From sequence record KX009778: DNA of 64,000 nt. The stretch is one strand, 5' to 3'. How positions within the stretch are numbered: position 1 is the first letter of the stretch; every line of letters starts with the position of its first letter. Source of the DNA: Escherichia phage UFV-AREG1. Position numbers and translations under genes: made by a program. Positions 49,160 to 58,009 of the stretch are shown here, in pieces. The notes under the pieces are model-generated. The model searched no databases. It saw only the letters and a program-made list of their open reading frames with translations, and was not told the origin of the DNA.

Positions 49160-49166
49160 ATTTTCC

Positions 49167-49574
49167 TCACTCAATTTCAATTTTACTAAATACACAGAAT
49201 ATGATTGAACAGACTACATAAGCACCACACACAGATTGAACTAATACCATCCCAAAGAACCAAACAATATTATCAAACAGTGTCTGTTTTACGTCGAAAG
49301 GACGTAAACTTACAGTAATATTATCACCTTTTTCTATTGAAGAATACATCTCTGGGGAAATATATTCACTAAATCTATAACCGTCTTTGAGTTCATATAC
49401 AGCAATAAACGATAAACTAGACCCCTTTCCTTGTGTTCCTGTAATGGTATTAACTACAGTAACATCATAATCTTTATAATGCATATAATCATTAATTGCG
49501 TAATAACCGTATGCAACTACTACACATAAACAACATATCAATAAATTCAATCTTTTAATTATCAACTGTTTCAT
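49167..49574 (-). CDS. membrane protein
   Basis: 135 aa with N- and C-terminal hydrophobic helices. Confidence 0.5.
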   Translation of the reverse strand: MKQLIIKRLNLLICCLCVVVAYGYYAINDYMHYKDYDVTVVNTITGTQGKGSSLSFIAVYELKDGYRFSEYISPEMYSSIEKGDNITVSLRPFDVKQTLFDNIVWFFGMVLVQSVCGAYVVCSIIFCVFSKIEIE

Positions 49575-49629
49575 AATAATCTCAATTAAAAGGGCTTAGA
49601 ACCATTATACCATCCTTGGTATAAAGCGG

Positions 49630-50157
49630 TTATGCGAGTACCGTCTTTAACCGTTCTTCAAACTTCCGAAGAGTATTTTGGCGTTCAGCTCTTTGCTTTT
49701 TGTAAGTTTCAATACGCTCTGAAATGAGAGTGTATCGTTCATTTACTGATTCTTTCATAAAATCAGGAATTTCACGAGAAGCTTTAATCTCATCAAATTT
49801 ATCAATAACAGCTTGCTCTTCAGCAATTAAGTTATCATACATCAAAATATCTTTCTTGATGAACTCAATATCTTCTTGAGTTACACGAGATAATTTAGAT
49901 GCTTTATCCTTTTTGTACTGTTCGTTAGTATCACGAGACCAGTGTAATGTACGATTTTTATTCGTATTTTTGTAAATTTCTACAATACCAATCTCATCAA
50001 TAATAACGATCCAATTCCAACGGGATTTGTAAATTTGTCCTCCATCAACTGTGATTTCACCTCCGATTGAGATGTCATTAAAGAACTTGCTTTGTGCTTC
50101 TGATTTAAATTTACCATCATTGTAATTTACCAGGTTGAAAATATCTTTAGCGTTCAT
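49630..50157 (-). CDS. hypothetical protein
   Basis: 175-aa ORF; promoter copy 50186-50215 upstream. Confidence 0.5.
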   Translation of the reverse strand: MNAKDIFNLVNYNDGKFKSEAQSKFFNDISIGGEITVDGGQIYKSRWNWIVIIDEIGIVEIYKNTNKNRTLHWSRDTNEQYKKDKASKLSRVTQEDIEFIKKDILMYDNLIAEEQAVIDKFDEIKASREIPDFMKESVNERYTLISERIETYKKQRAERQNTLRKFEERLKTVLA

Positions 50158-50185
50158 TTTCTGTTCCTCCGTAGTTGATAGTTGT

Positions 50186-50215
50186 ATAGTACCACAGAGG
50201 AACAGTCTTGTAAAC
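50186..50215 (-). promoter_or_regulatory. early promoter (cassette copy)
   Basis: minus strand GTTTACA-17-TACTAT. Confidence 0.55.
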
Positions 50216-50217
50216 CA

Positions 50218-50532
50218 CTAAAAGAAACTTCTTTCACAATTTTTTCCACTAAACCATGCGCTGACCGCTTTCTTAGTCTCAGGAGCAGTGTTATCCATAA
50301 ACCATTCAAAGGCAGCCTTTTTATGATTCTGGAGGGCTTCTCGGGCTTTAATCTGCTCACGGTCTATTAACACTAACATATGAGCCTTTCTTGTCACCAA
50401 GGGCTTCTTATGATTCTTGGAGTATTCCCAGTCATTTGTCCAACGCATTGTCGTTGCGAACTGAAATACTGCTTCTTTAATTTTAGTTTCGTAAATTTCA
50501 CGAGCCTTTGAGTATAACATCATTACCTCCAT
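50218..50532 (-). CDS. hypothetical protein
   Basis: 104-aa ORF. Confidence 0.45.
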   Translation of the reverse strand: MEVMMLYSKAREIYETKIKEAVFQFATTMRWTNDWEYSKNHKKPLVTRKAHMLVLIDREQIKAREALQNHKKAAFEWFMDNTAPETKKAVSAWFSGKNCERSFF

Positions 50533-50621
50533 TTATCAGTTTAATTCTAGTCATCTTTTTGATGGCAGTCCATATAATCTATTTCTGAACTGCCTTTTTA
50601 TCTTAGAAGGCCTCTTATGAA

Positions 50622-51590
50622 TTATTTCAGAAGAGTAACCTCAGCGATTTCTTCCCAACCGTTTTTGTCGGTCATAATAAAGTCAGCAAGATAAAGAGCA
50701 GTACGCAGTGAAACATTGCGTAAACGATTAACATTGACTTTCATCCATGATAATGCTTTATAAGTTTCTTCATCAGAAAGACCGCGCTTTTGCATCATGT
50801 CGGTTGAAAGAATAACATCTTCAACCCTGACCATAATTTCTTCATTAGTGTGAACACCCAAATCCAAATAAACTGAGCGGGACACCAATGCTTGTAAATG
50901 TGGAGCAAGTTTAGTACCACGGTCTAATTCGCGGTCAATGTCAACGTTTGTGATAAAAACAATCGTTCCTTTAAATTCAAACTCACGCTCAATGCCTTTT
51001 TCTTCTAAGTAAGAAGACGCAGTACTCCAGCAGACTTTACGGGTCTCTCCAGTGTCCAGAGCGGCTTTTAGAAGATTAAGAATGTCCATATCAGAGAAAA
51101 CATCCACATCATCAATCAAAAGGACAGAATTCTCTTCACGATTATTCCAAAGCTGCTCATAAAGACCAATACCAGAGATTTTACCATTAATGCTTTTATA
51201 TTCAATGTATCCAATATCATTTGCTTTATTTAAAGCTTTATCTAAAGAATACGTTTTACCAATACCTGCTGCGCCAGAGATAATTAATGAACGAATATTT
51301 CCATTAATAATACCATTCGTCATCATTCCCATAACATTAAATCTTTTATTAATGCGGGTTTTCATATCTTCATATGATTCTTTAACTTCTTCAACTTTTA
51401 CACCATCATATGAAATATCTGATTTGTAAACCCAAACACCGCGACGTTTACCGTCAATTTCAACAAAAACTTTACCATCTCCTTGTGCATCTACCGGAGC
51501 ATTATCTGGGAACCATTCGCCTAAGAGCTCAAAAGTTCCAGAGATTTCTTTACCGAAGTAGATACCCTTATTGATAGTTACAGTTTTCAT
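50622..51590 (-). CDS. P-loop NTPase (AAA-like ATPase)
   Basis: Walker A GAAGIGKTYS and Walker B LLIDDVD; start moved to MKTVTINK behind shared leader; promoter 51628-51657. Confidence 0.6.
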   Translation of the reverse strand: MKTVTINKGIYFGKEISGTFELLGEWFPDNAPVDAQGDGKVFVEIDGKRRGVWVYKSDISYDGVKVEEVKESYEDMKTRINKRFNVMGMMTNGIINGNIRSLIISGAAGIGKTYSLDKALNKANDIGYIEYKSINGKISGIGLYEQLWNNREENSVLLIDDVDVFSDMDILNLLKAALDTGETRKVCWSTASSYLEEKGIEREFEFKGTIVFITNVDIDRELDRGTKLAPHLQALVSRSVYLDLGVHTNEEIMVRVEDVILSTDMMQKRGLSDEETYKALSWMKVNVNRLRNVSLRTALYLADFIMTDKNGWEEIAEVTLLK

Positions 51591-51627
51591 TTTATTCTCC
51601 AAATCCGTATCAGTAGTTGATAGTTGT

Positions 51628-51657
51628 ATAGTACCATAAAGCTTTATGCTTGTAAAC
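51628..51657 (-). promoter_or_regulatory. early promoter for P-loop ATPase gene (cassette copy)
   Basis: minus strand GTTTACA-17-TACTAT, stem-loop 51685-51709 just upstream. Confidence 0.55.
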
Positions 51658-51684
51658 CGTTTTGTGAAAAAATTTTTGAAAATA

Positions 51685-51709
51685 AAAGGGGGACCTCTAG
51701 GGCCCCTTT
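51685..51709 (-). terminator. extended stem-loop (cassette)
   Basis: AAAGGGG...CCCCTTT with inner pairing, followed by promoter 51628-51657. Confidence 0.5.
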
Positions 51710-51717
51710 GTGTTGAT

Positions 51718-52203
51718 TTATTCCATTTCTACTATGTGCATGTTCTTTTTGCTATCAAAATATATGTTTTTAACTATTAACTCAGAATTAATTGGCAGTA
51801 AAAACTCTCTTTCATAATCTACCATGCAAAGATTATCATAAAGCTTGTTAAGCTTATCATCGTCAGTTTGACCAGATTCTTCAATTGCGATTAAATTTTC
51901 TAAAATGTCAATCATAGCAGTCGAATAGTCGAAAACGTTTGCATTTTTTAACACTACTAAAACATTAGTCATATAGCGTTCTGCCGCAAACGTTTCAGCT
52001 ATATGAGACTCACTGCTAAAGGAAGTTATTCTTTTAAATTTGATTCTCCTATTAACTTCAAACTTATAAGATAGCACTTCCTCTATTGTAAGTCCTCTAA
52101 AAAGTGTGTCTTTAATCTCAAGTTTGTCTTTAATGTAATCATTAACACGCTTATGATTAAAATCATTAATTTTGTTGCCAAGGCATTGCATTAAAATATG
52201 CAT
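51718..52203 (-). CDS. hypothetical protein
   Basis: 161-aa ORF flanked by stem-loop/promoter cassettes. Confidence 0.5.
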   Translation of the reverse strand: MHILMQCLGNKINDFNHKRVNDYIKDKLEIKDTLFRGLTIEEVLSYKFEVNRRIKFKRITSFSSESHIAETFAAERYMTNVLVVLKNANVFDYSTAMIDILENLIAIEESGQTDDDKLNKLYDNLCMVDYEREFLLPINSELIVKNIYFDSKKNMHIVEME

Positions 52204-52249
52204 TGTATTCTCCTCAATTTTTAAAGAGCAATTAATTAACTACACATAT

Positions 52250-52279
52250 ATTATAATATGCTTTGCGGCAGAAGTAAAC
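52250..52279 (-). promoter_or_regulatory. early promoter (cassette)
   Basis: minus strand GTTTAC-18-TATAAT, stem-loop 52308-52325 just upstream. Confidence 0.5.
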
Positions 52280-52307
52280 AACTTTGTGGCGTCATTTTAA
52301 ACAAAAA

Positions 52308-52325
52308 GGGAGCCCGAAGGCTCCC
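52308..52325 (-). terminator. stem-loop with UUCG-type tetraloop (cassette)
   Basis: GGGAGCC-CGAA-GGCTCCC directly after NTase-fold gene stop. Confidence 0.55.
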
Positions 52326-52327
52326 TA

Positions 52328-53341
52328 TCATTTATAATAACTTCGGTGGTTTTCAAGATAAACCTTCTCAAGGAAATCATCCCAAAAACCCATGTCTACT
52401 TTTTGCTGCATACCGTTCTTAGAAGCTTCAATGGATGCTGCTTCTACTTGATCGACCACATCTTCCAAAAACTCTTGAACAGTTTTAAATGGATGTTTAC
52501 CCAGCTTCACGTCGAGAATAAACGGAGCATCTTGAAGTGGATAGACTAAGTCACCAGTTTTGTAAATTTCCAATAGTTGGAGTCCACCACGACAAGCATG
52601 ACTCAATGCTTTCCAGTCAATACCTTCATTCGCTTCAGCCTTACGAGCACGTTCACCGTATTCGGCATCAAGTTTATTCAAAGACTGCTTAAGCTCAATA
52701 AGAGAAAGTGTTGTCTGATATTTACGACCCAACACAGTGTAGAACGTTTGTGGACCGGTTTTCTCATGATTATGGAATACCCATTCACAGAATTCGTTCT
52801 CTGGAAGACGATGCTTAATATCTTCAACTTTAGTGCGACGTTGCTTAATGGAACCGTCTTCTTGGTAATCAACCCATTGCTCAGGGATTTGATTAACTAC
52901 TTTCAATACATCACGCAATGCGGCCAAACGAGAACCCTTAACACCATATTTAGAAGCTTGCTTGCGGACATATCCTAAATAGGATTTCATGTTAGTCGTA
53001 TAAAAACGAGAACGATTGTCTTGAATAAACTTCCATACATCAGGCAAATCAGATTTAACTACCAGTTCAGGTGGAGTGTGAAGCATATCCAATGCTACAG
53101 TTTCACCATCTGCTGCTAATTTAAAGAAATATTTAAGACTGTATAGTTCATGGTCAATATCATCTTTAGTGTTTTTAGATGATGTGTTGTTCGTGTTTTT
53201 ACTCATATGCTCTTTAACATTTCCGATAAGAATATCACGAGCAGGAGGAACAAAGATTTCTTTAAAATCTACATCAGATTCTGGAGTAGAAGTTCCATAA
53301 AGATGACTACCAAAATAGCTTTTCATTACTGTTTTCATCAT
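52328..53341 (-). CDS. nucleotidyltransferase-fold protein (Pol-beta-like NTase superfamily)
   Basis: 337 aa; N-terminal GS-x(9)-DxD signature (YFGSHLYGTSTPESDVDF) typical of minimal NTase fold; function unknown. Confidence 0.55.
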   Translation of the reverse strand: MMKTVMKSYFGSHLYGTSTPESDVDFKEIFVPPARDILIGNVKEHMSKNTNNTSSKNTKDDIDHELYSLKYFFKLAADGETVALDMLHTPPELVVKSDLPDVWKFIQDNRSRFYTTNMKSYLGYVRKQASKYGVKGSRLAALRDVLKVVNQIPEQWVDYQEDGSIKQRRTKVEDIKHRLPENEFCEWVFHNHEKTGPQTFYTVLGRKYQTTLSLIELKQSLNKLDAEYGERARKAEANEGIDWKALSHACRGGLQLLEIYKTGDLVYPLQDAPFILDVKLGKHPFKTVQEFLEDVVDQVEAASIEASKNGMQQKVDMGFWDDFLEKVYLENHRSYYK

Positions 53342-53790
53342 TCAGCCTTATATTCAATAACAGGACACACTTTAGCTTTACGGGCTTTTAAAAATTCGAC
53401 GATAATAGATTTCTTAGGTTGAATAGGAGGTAAACCTTTATACGCCCTATCAATATTTTCTACATGTAAAGCATAATCCTTTTTCCATTTATAATCTTTA
53501 TATTTTTCACGCAGTTGTGCAGGAATAACAAATGAACCAATAATAAGTAAAACAAGCAAAATGGCAAGTATAAATGCTGATGGAATAAGAGTCCATAAAC
53601 TACCAAAAATAAGCCAACGTTGTAAACTTTCTGCGCAGATAATAGTTAGACCTGCGAGTATAGTACATCCGAAAAAAAGAAACGAAAAATGTAGGAATAA
53701 CAATAGACCAAAAATACGCGCATAGTGTCTTAGGTCGTTTCCATTCATCATTAAACATTTTGAATAATTTATAGTGCCAAGAGCTTTCAT
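53338..53790 (-). CDS. membrane protein
   Basis: 150 aa, multiple hydrophobic helices. Confidence 0.45.
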   Translation of the reverse strand: MKALGTINYSKCLMMNGNDLRHYARIFGLLLFLHFSFLFFGCTILAGLTIICAESLQRWLIFGSLWTLIPSAFILAILLVLLIIGSFVIPAQLREKYKDYKWKKDYALHVENIDRAYKGLPPIQPKKSIIVEFLKARKAKVCPVIEYKAE

Positions 53791-53802
53791 TAATAATCAT
53801 AA

Positions 53803-54324
53803 TTATCCTTTCATTGAAGGTGTAACGGTTGTTAAATACTTAATCATAGCTTCAGCTTCTGATTTTGATAATGAAATTTCTCCATTGTTTTGACGAATAG
53901 AAATAAAATCCGGATGACGGTCACCGCCCGCTTTCAAAACACACATATAGGTATCAGTTTCATCTTCAATATTTGAAATAATTGAAGCAGTTCCGCATGA
54001 ATGCGGTTTTTGATAAATCAATACGGCTTTTCTTCCACCGTTTGACTGTTCATAAACTTTTAACACATCAAACAAATCACTTCTTTTATCAATAGCTAAG
54101 ATGTTATTTTCATCTTCAATGTTAAATCCTTCGGATACTTCATAAAGCGTCACCCATAAATCACCTATATCGATAGTAGCATTTACTTTTCCATGACTTT
54201 CAAGAGCACGGCAAATTTTCTTGATTTCGTCATAACTCATTTTAATAATATCATCTCCTTGAATAAGGAAGATGTCATTTTTAAATTCAACACGAATTAA
54301 ACCACTTTCACTTGAAATAAACAT
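53803..54324 (-). CDS. hypothetical protein, tandem paralog A
   Basis: 173 aa; C-terminus KYLTTVTPSMKG and GFNIEDENN motif shared with neighbour. Confidence 0.5.
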   Translation of the reverse strand: MFISSESGLIRVEFKNDIFLIQGDDIIKMSYDEIKKICRALESHGKVNATIDIGDLWVTLYEVSEGFNIEDENNILAIDKRSDLFDVLKVYEQSNGGRKAVLIYQKPHSCGTASIISNIEDETDTYMCVLKAGGDRHPDFISIRQNNGEISLSKSEAEAMIKYLTTVTPSMKG

Positions 54325-54330
54325 ATTTCC

Positions 54331-54888
54331 TCACTTTGAAATCATAGTTGGAATGACAGAATCAAGATAAGTCTTTAGCGCAATAGCTTCGTCTTTGGTA
54401 AATGTGACAATATGTGATCGAAAATCGTCAATTTGGCGAATAGTTAAGACATCTCCCTCTTCATAACATTTTGATACATTTAAAAGAGTTTCATCATTCT
54501 GATTGCAAGCGTTAGTAATAATAGCATTGCAATTTTTGAGCCATTTTAAACTATGTTTTCTTTCATTAGAATAATAAAAATATTTAATCTTAGCTATAAA
54601 ATTATCCCAATTATTAATTGATAAGCATATCGACTCGCTTTCAATATTAAATCCTGGGCATAAAGAATAAAAATGAATTTTATGCTCATCATTAATGTTT
54701 ACAATTTTATCAGTATAAGGTTTTTCAATTTGGGTTAAATGAATAATTTCGCTAGGCGTAAAATATAGCATATCGTCTTCTTGCGTCAAACGATACATAT
54801 TATTTACTTTTTCTATAGCCAATTCACCAAAAAGTGAACTAACTTCTAATACTAATCGTTTCATATTGATTCTCTTTGACTCACTCAC
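54331..54888 (-). CDS. hypothetical protein, tandem paralog B
   Basis: 185 aa; C-terminus TYLDSVIPTMISK and GFNIESES motif shared with neighbour. Confidence 0.5.
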   Translation of the reverse strand: MSESKRINMKRLVLEVSSLFGELAIEKVNNMYRLTQEDDMLYFTPSEIIHLTQIEKPYTDKIVNINDEHKIHFYSLCPGFNIESESICLSINNWDNFIAKIKYFYYSNERKHSLKWLKNCNAIITNACNQNDETLLNVSKCYEEGDVLTIRQIDDFRSHIVTFTKDEAIALKTYLDSVIPTMISK

Positions 54889-55023
54889 AATTACATACTC
54901 CTTTGAATAATATCAATAATATTGTTCACCAAATTATAAGTAAACATTGGGTAATTATATTGAATCATCACATACACAACAAACAAAACTTTCATTCTCT
55001 TCTCCTTGGCAGTTGGCAAAATT

Positions 55024-55053
55024 ACTATACCATAACCTTGCCAACTTGTAAAC
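55024..55053 (-). promoter_or_regulatory. early promoter
   Basis: minus strand GTTTACA-17-TATAGT. Confidence 0.5.
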
Positions 55054-55218
55054 CATTAAATGACGTTTTCAATAAAATTCTGGAGTTTTGTGTGAGCATC
55101 AACCATGATTTTCATTTCTTCCTTTGCGAAAGCTATACCTCTTTCCCGAGAAGAACGCTCATAGTCAGAAACTGCATTAGCATATTCTTCAATTAGCTTC
55201 ATTAAAAACATCTGCTTT

Positions 55219-55413
55219 TCAGTTTTCATTATTCCACCTAATCATTTCAAGATATTGAACTAACTTAGCTTTGGATTTATCCAAATCCTTTTTAGCCGCT
55301 TCTATACCATCGTATGAATATCCTTCACAATGCTCAACTGCCAATTGGTATGAATCTATTTCAATATCACGTGCTAATTTAATGATTTTTTCAAACTGTT
55401 CACGTGTTAGCAT
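55219..55413 (-). CDS. hypothetical small protein
   Basis: 64-aa ORF. Confidence 0.4.
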   Translation of the reverse strand: MLTREQFEKIIKLARDIEIDSYQLAVEHCEGYSYDGIEAAKKDLDKSKAKLVQYLEMIRWNNEN

Positions 55414-55415
55414 AC

Positions 55416-55619
55416 TTAAACTCTCGTATTATGATCGATAATTTCATCAAGAAACATATCTAAAGCTTCTACAGCATTATCAACTTTAGCTTCAAGTTCT
55501 TCAGCGCCTTTATTTGCAATGCCTGCCGAAAACCAAGCAAAGTCACTAAGTTCCTCGTCTGCTTTGCGAATTAAAGCTACCAATTCTTTAATTTTATCTG
55601 CTTGTTCGATACTAATCAT
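55416..55619 (-). CDS. hypothetical small acidic protein
   Basis: ORF 55416-55655; start moved to [17 protein letters not shown] overlap with upstream stop. Confidence 0.4.
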   Translation of the reverse strand: MISIEQADKIKELVALIRKADEELSDFAWFSAGIANKGAEELEAKVDNAVEALDMFLDEIIDHNTRV

Positions 55620-55807
55620 TATTCCACCACATATGAAAGAGAGAATATTGCACACGCCATATGAGTTGCAGCTTCATCACACATATCATAACGTTTCTTA
55701 AGAAGTTCTACAAGCTCTTCACTGGTAACTTCATCCATGTCGACGAAAAAATCACCATTAATGATGACGTAGATATTTCCTTCTTGATTAAGTGCTTCAA
55801 TTTTCAT
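55619..55807 (-). CDS. hypothetical small protein
   Basis: ORF 55619-55852; start moved to MKIEALNQ after GAGGAG RBS and promoter 55836-55865. Confidence 0.4.
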   Translation of the reverse strand: MKIEALNQEGNIYVIINGDFFVDMDEVTSEELVELLKKRYDMCDEAATHMACAIFSLSYVVE

Positions 55808-55835
55808 GATGTTCTCCTCTTTATCTGATGGTTGT

Positions 55836-55865
55836 ATAGTATCACAGCTCAAATGGAAAGTAAAC
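55836..55865 (-). promoter_or_regulatory. early promoter (cassette)
   Basis: minus strand GTTTAC-18-TACTAT, stem-loop 55881-55898 just upstream. Confidence 0.55.
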
Positions 55866-55880
55866 CGGTAAAATGAAAAA

Positions 55881-55898
55881 AGTCTCCCGAAGGAGACT
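55881..55898 (-). terminator. stem-loop with UUCG-type tetraloop (cassette)
   Basis: AGTCTCC-CGAA-GGAGACT, preceded by same GTAAACCGGTAAAATGAAAAA context as at 14823-14843. Confidence 0.55.
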
Positions 55899-55902
55899 AA
55901 TG

Positions 55903-56289
55903 TTATTCGAGGGAAAGAAGATATTTACTTTGATAAAACATTCCAGTAATATCATCTATCGTGCTTTGAATGGCTGGAGGCATTTCTTTGTAAATGCTGT
56001 TAGATTGGTCTAATATGCGATCAATCATTTTAATTGTGTCGGTAGGAAGTTTACTGGCATCCGGAATTGACGGCGTGTATTTTCTACCAGAATACCCCAA
56101 ATATTGCTCACCAAATTTATCAATCAAATCTGGTAACTCAGAGAAAATAAAATCGTATGCTTTGTGTCTAGCATAACTTTTAGTTTCAAAATGCGCAGAA
56201 TGAAAATAAGCTTGTGCGGCCATTAATAAACCTAAGTATTCATCTGCCTTTGAAGGTTTTCCACTTTGTGAAAAGTCGCTGAATTTCAT
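55903..56289 (-). CDS. hypothetical protein (rI.-1 position)
   Basis: 128-aa ORF immediately upstream (genome order) of rI; synteny. Confidence 0.5.
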   Translation of the reverse strand: MKFSDFSQSGKPSKADEYLGLLMAAQAYFHSAHFETKSYARHKAYDFIFSELPDLIDKFGEQYLGYSGRKYTPSIPDASKLPTDTIKMIDRILDQSNSIYKEMPPAIQSTIDDITGMFYQSKYLLSLE

Positions 56290-56579
56290 TCAGTCTCCAA
56301 TTTAATGTTCATAATTCTAGCGTATGATTGTGCCATCTCCGCGCCTCGCTCTATACATTCAAAATCGGAAGAGCACGGGTCATTTTTATAGGTCGTTCTC
56401 ATAAAACTATAGAATTGTTCAGACGATTCTACGCTTTTATTTTCAAAAAGTGTATAAACGTGCCTAATACCAGATTCCATAAATTTATCAAAATGAGGAT
56501 CGACATTCGCTTCAATCGATGGAGATAAAACAAATGACAATCCTAGCATGGCAAAAAGTGCCGTTGCTTTTAAGGCCAT
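56286..56579 (-). CDS. rI: lysis inhibition regulator RI (periplasmic antiholin)
   Basis: 97 aa; MALKATALFAMLGLSFVLSPSIEANVDPHFDKFMESGIRHVY matches T4 RI as recalled. Confidence 0.85.
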   Translation of the reverse strand: MALKATALFAMLGLSFVLSPSIEANVDPHFDKFMESGIRHVYTLFENKSVESSEQFYSFMRTTYKNDPCSSDFECIERGAEMAQSYARIMNIKLETE

Positions 56580-56591
56580 AAAGGCCTCCTA

Positions 56592-56804
56592 TCATTTTTG
56601 TCCTGTATTTACTTTATGCCGGTGCACGGCCTTAACTTTATCAAGGTATTTTTCAAAATTTCGCAATCTAGTATAGTCTGCCGGAGATTGGTTGAGTGAT
56701 ACTTCTCGACGCAAAGCTGAAATGATATTTCCAACTTCCCTACGAATTTCATCTAATTGAAGAACAGTAAGATTGCGAAGTTGCTTTTCAGTTAATTGCA
56801 GCAT
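56592..56804 (-). CDS. hypothetical small protein (rI.1 position)
   Basis: 70-aa ORF between tk and rI. Confidence 0.45.
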
Positions 56805-56846
56805 ATATACCCCTTTAGTTAGATAAACCTATTTATAACTTTTACA

Positions 56847-57428
56847 CTAACCGAGCTTTTTAGTTAATTCATTCCAATGTTTTCTGCACAAAGAAACATA
56901 AATTTCATCACCAATACAGATTTGATTACCTTCTTTAACTGGTGTTCCATCTTCCATTAATCGAGCCGTCATAATAGCTTTTTTACCGCAATGACAAACT
57001 GCCGTTAGTTCAATAAGTTTATCTGCAATCGCCAAAAGTTCTTTAGAACCTTCAAATAATTTTCCAGCGAAATCAGTCCTTAGTCCATAAGCCATAACAG
57101 GAACATTATATGTATCAACAATTCGGCTTAATTGATGCACCTGTTCAGTTTTTAAAAACTGAGCTTCATCTACAAATACGCAATGAATATCTTTTTGTGC
57201 TTCAGCCCATTTATAGAACTCGAAAATATCCATATCATCTGTAATAATATTCGCTTCCTGTTTAATTCCAATGCGAGAAACGACTTCACAGACAGAATCG
57301 CGAGTATCAATAGCAGGTTTAAGAACTAATACACTCATTCCGCGTTCTTTATAATTATGCGCAGCAGTCAAAAGAGAAGCAGATTTTCCAGCATTCATTG
57401 CTGCATAAGTAAAAATTAAACTCGCCAT
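56847..57428 (-). CDS. tk: thymidine kinase
   Basis: 193 aa; MASLIFTYAAMNAGKSASLL P-loop and CHCGKKA zinc site match T4 Tk as recalled. Confidence 0.9.
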   Translation of the reverse strand: MASLIFTYAAMNAGKSASLLTAAHNYKERGMSVLVLKPAIDTRDSVCEVVSRIGIKQEANIITDDMDIFEFYKWAEAQKDIHCVFVDEAQFLKTEQVHQLSRIVDTYNVPVMAYGLRTDFAGKLFEGSKELLAIADKLIELTAVCHCGKKAIMTARLMEDGTPVKEGNQICIGDEIYVSLCRKHWNELTKKLG

Positions 57429-57429
57429 C

Positions 57430-57618
57430 TTAGTCCTTAGTTAAATTTTCTAAATATGTTTCTAAATCATTTTCAGCTTTATCGATAGATTTTACTAATT
57501 CGTAGTATGTTTCAGCATCTCCATAATCCGAAGCCAATTCAAAAGATAAATCTCGTTCTAAACTAATAATTTCGCTGATTAAAAATCGTATTTCATTCTT
57601 TTGTTCGCGAGTAATCAT
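57430..57618 (-). CDS. hypothetical small acidic protein
   Basis: 62-aa ORF. Confidence 0.4.
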   Translation of the reverse strand: MITREQKNEIRFLISEIISLERDLSFELASDYGDAETYYELVKSIDKAENDLETYLENLTKD

Positions 57619-57821
57619 AAGGAATCTATATAATCAATAAGTTCTTGTTCTTTATCGTCTAAATCTTTACACAGTTCTTCATATTCATCGGTATTAAAAG
57701 GACCGCATTCATCACAAACTTTTTCCAATTCATTGTTTTTATCCATAACTTCATGAATAAGAGAAAACAGTCGGTCTTTTTGTTCTTTACTTAAACTCAT
57801 AACCATGTCACCTTTAAGCAA
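57615..57821 (-). CDS. hypothetical small acidic protein
   Basis: 68-aa ORF. Confidence 0.4.
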   Translation of the reverse strand: MLKGDMVMSLSKEQKDRLFSLIHEVMDKNNELEKVCDECGPFNTDEYEELCKDLDDKEQELIDYIDSL

Positions 57822-58009
57822 TATTCTTCTACGTGTTGTTTACGTTTATTTTTATCTATAAAAGTATATTCAACATATTCGCCGATATACCATTTATCGG
57901 TGTTGTGTTGACTTTTTATAGGGCATTTAGTTACTCGTGTTTCGGTCCAGTGTCGAATAATTTCCGCTTTATTTTTAGGATCAAACGGATGCGGGTAATG
58001 TACTTTCAT
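57797..58009 (-). CDS. hypothetical small protein
   Basis: 70-aa ORF. Confidence 0.4.
   Translation of the reverse strand: MKVHYPHPFDPKNKAEIIRHWTETRVTKCPIKSQHNTDKWYIGEYVEYTFIDKNKRKQHVEEYCLKVTWL

Noticed and set aside
53600-53800. 66-aa minus-strand ORF
   Set aside because: Nested within the 150-aa membrane protein ORF in a different frame.
4331-55898. Possible CRISPR-like array suggested by recurring GC hairpins with CGAA loops
   Set aside because: Hairpins are isolated and kilobases apart, not regularly spaced repeat-spacer units; they are intergenic stem-loops.
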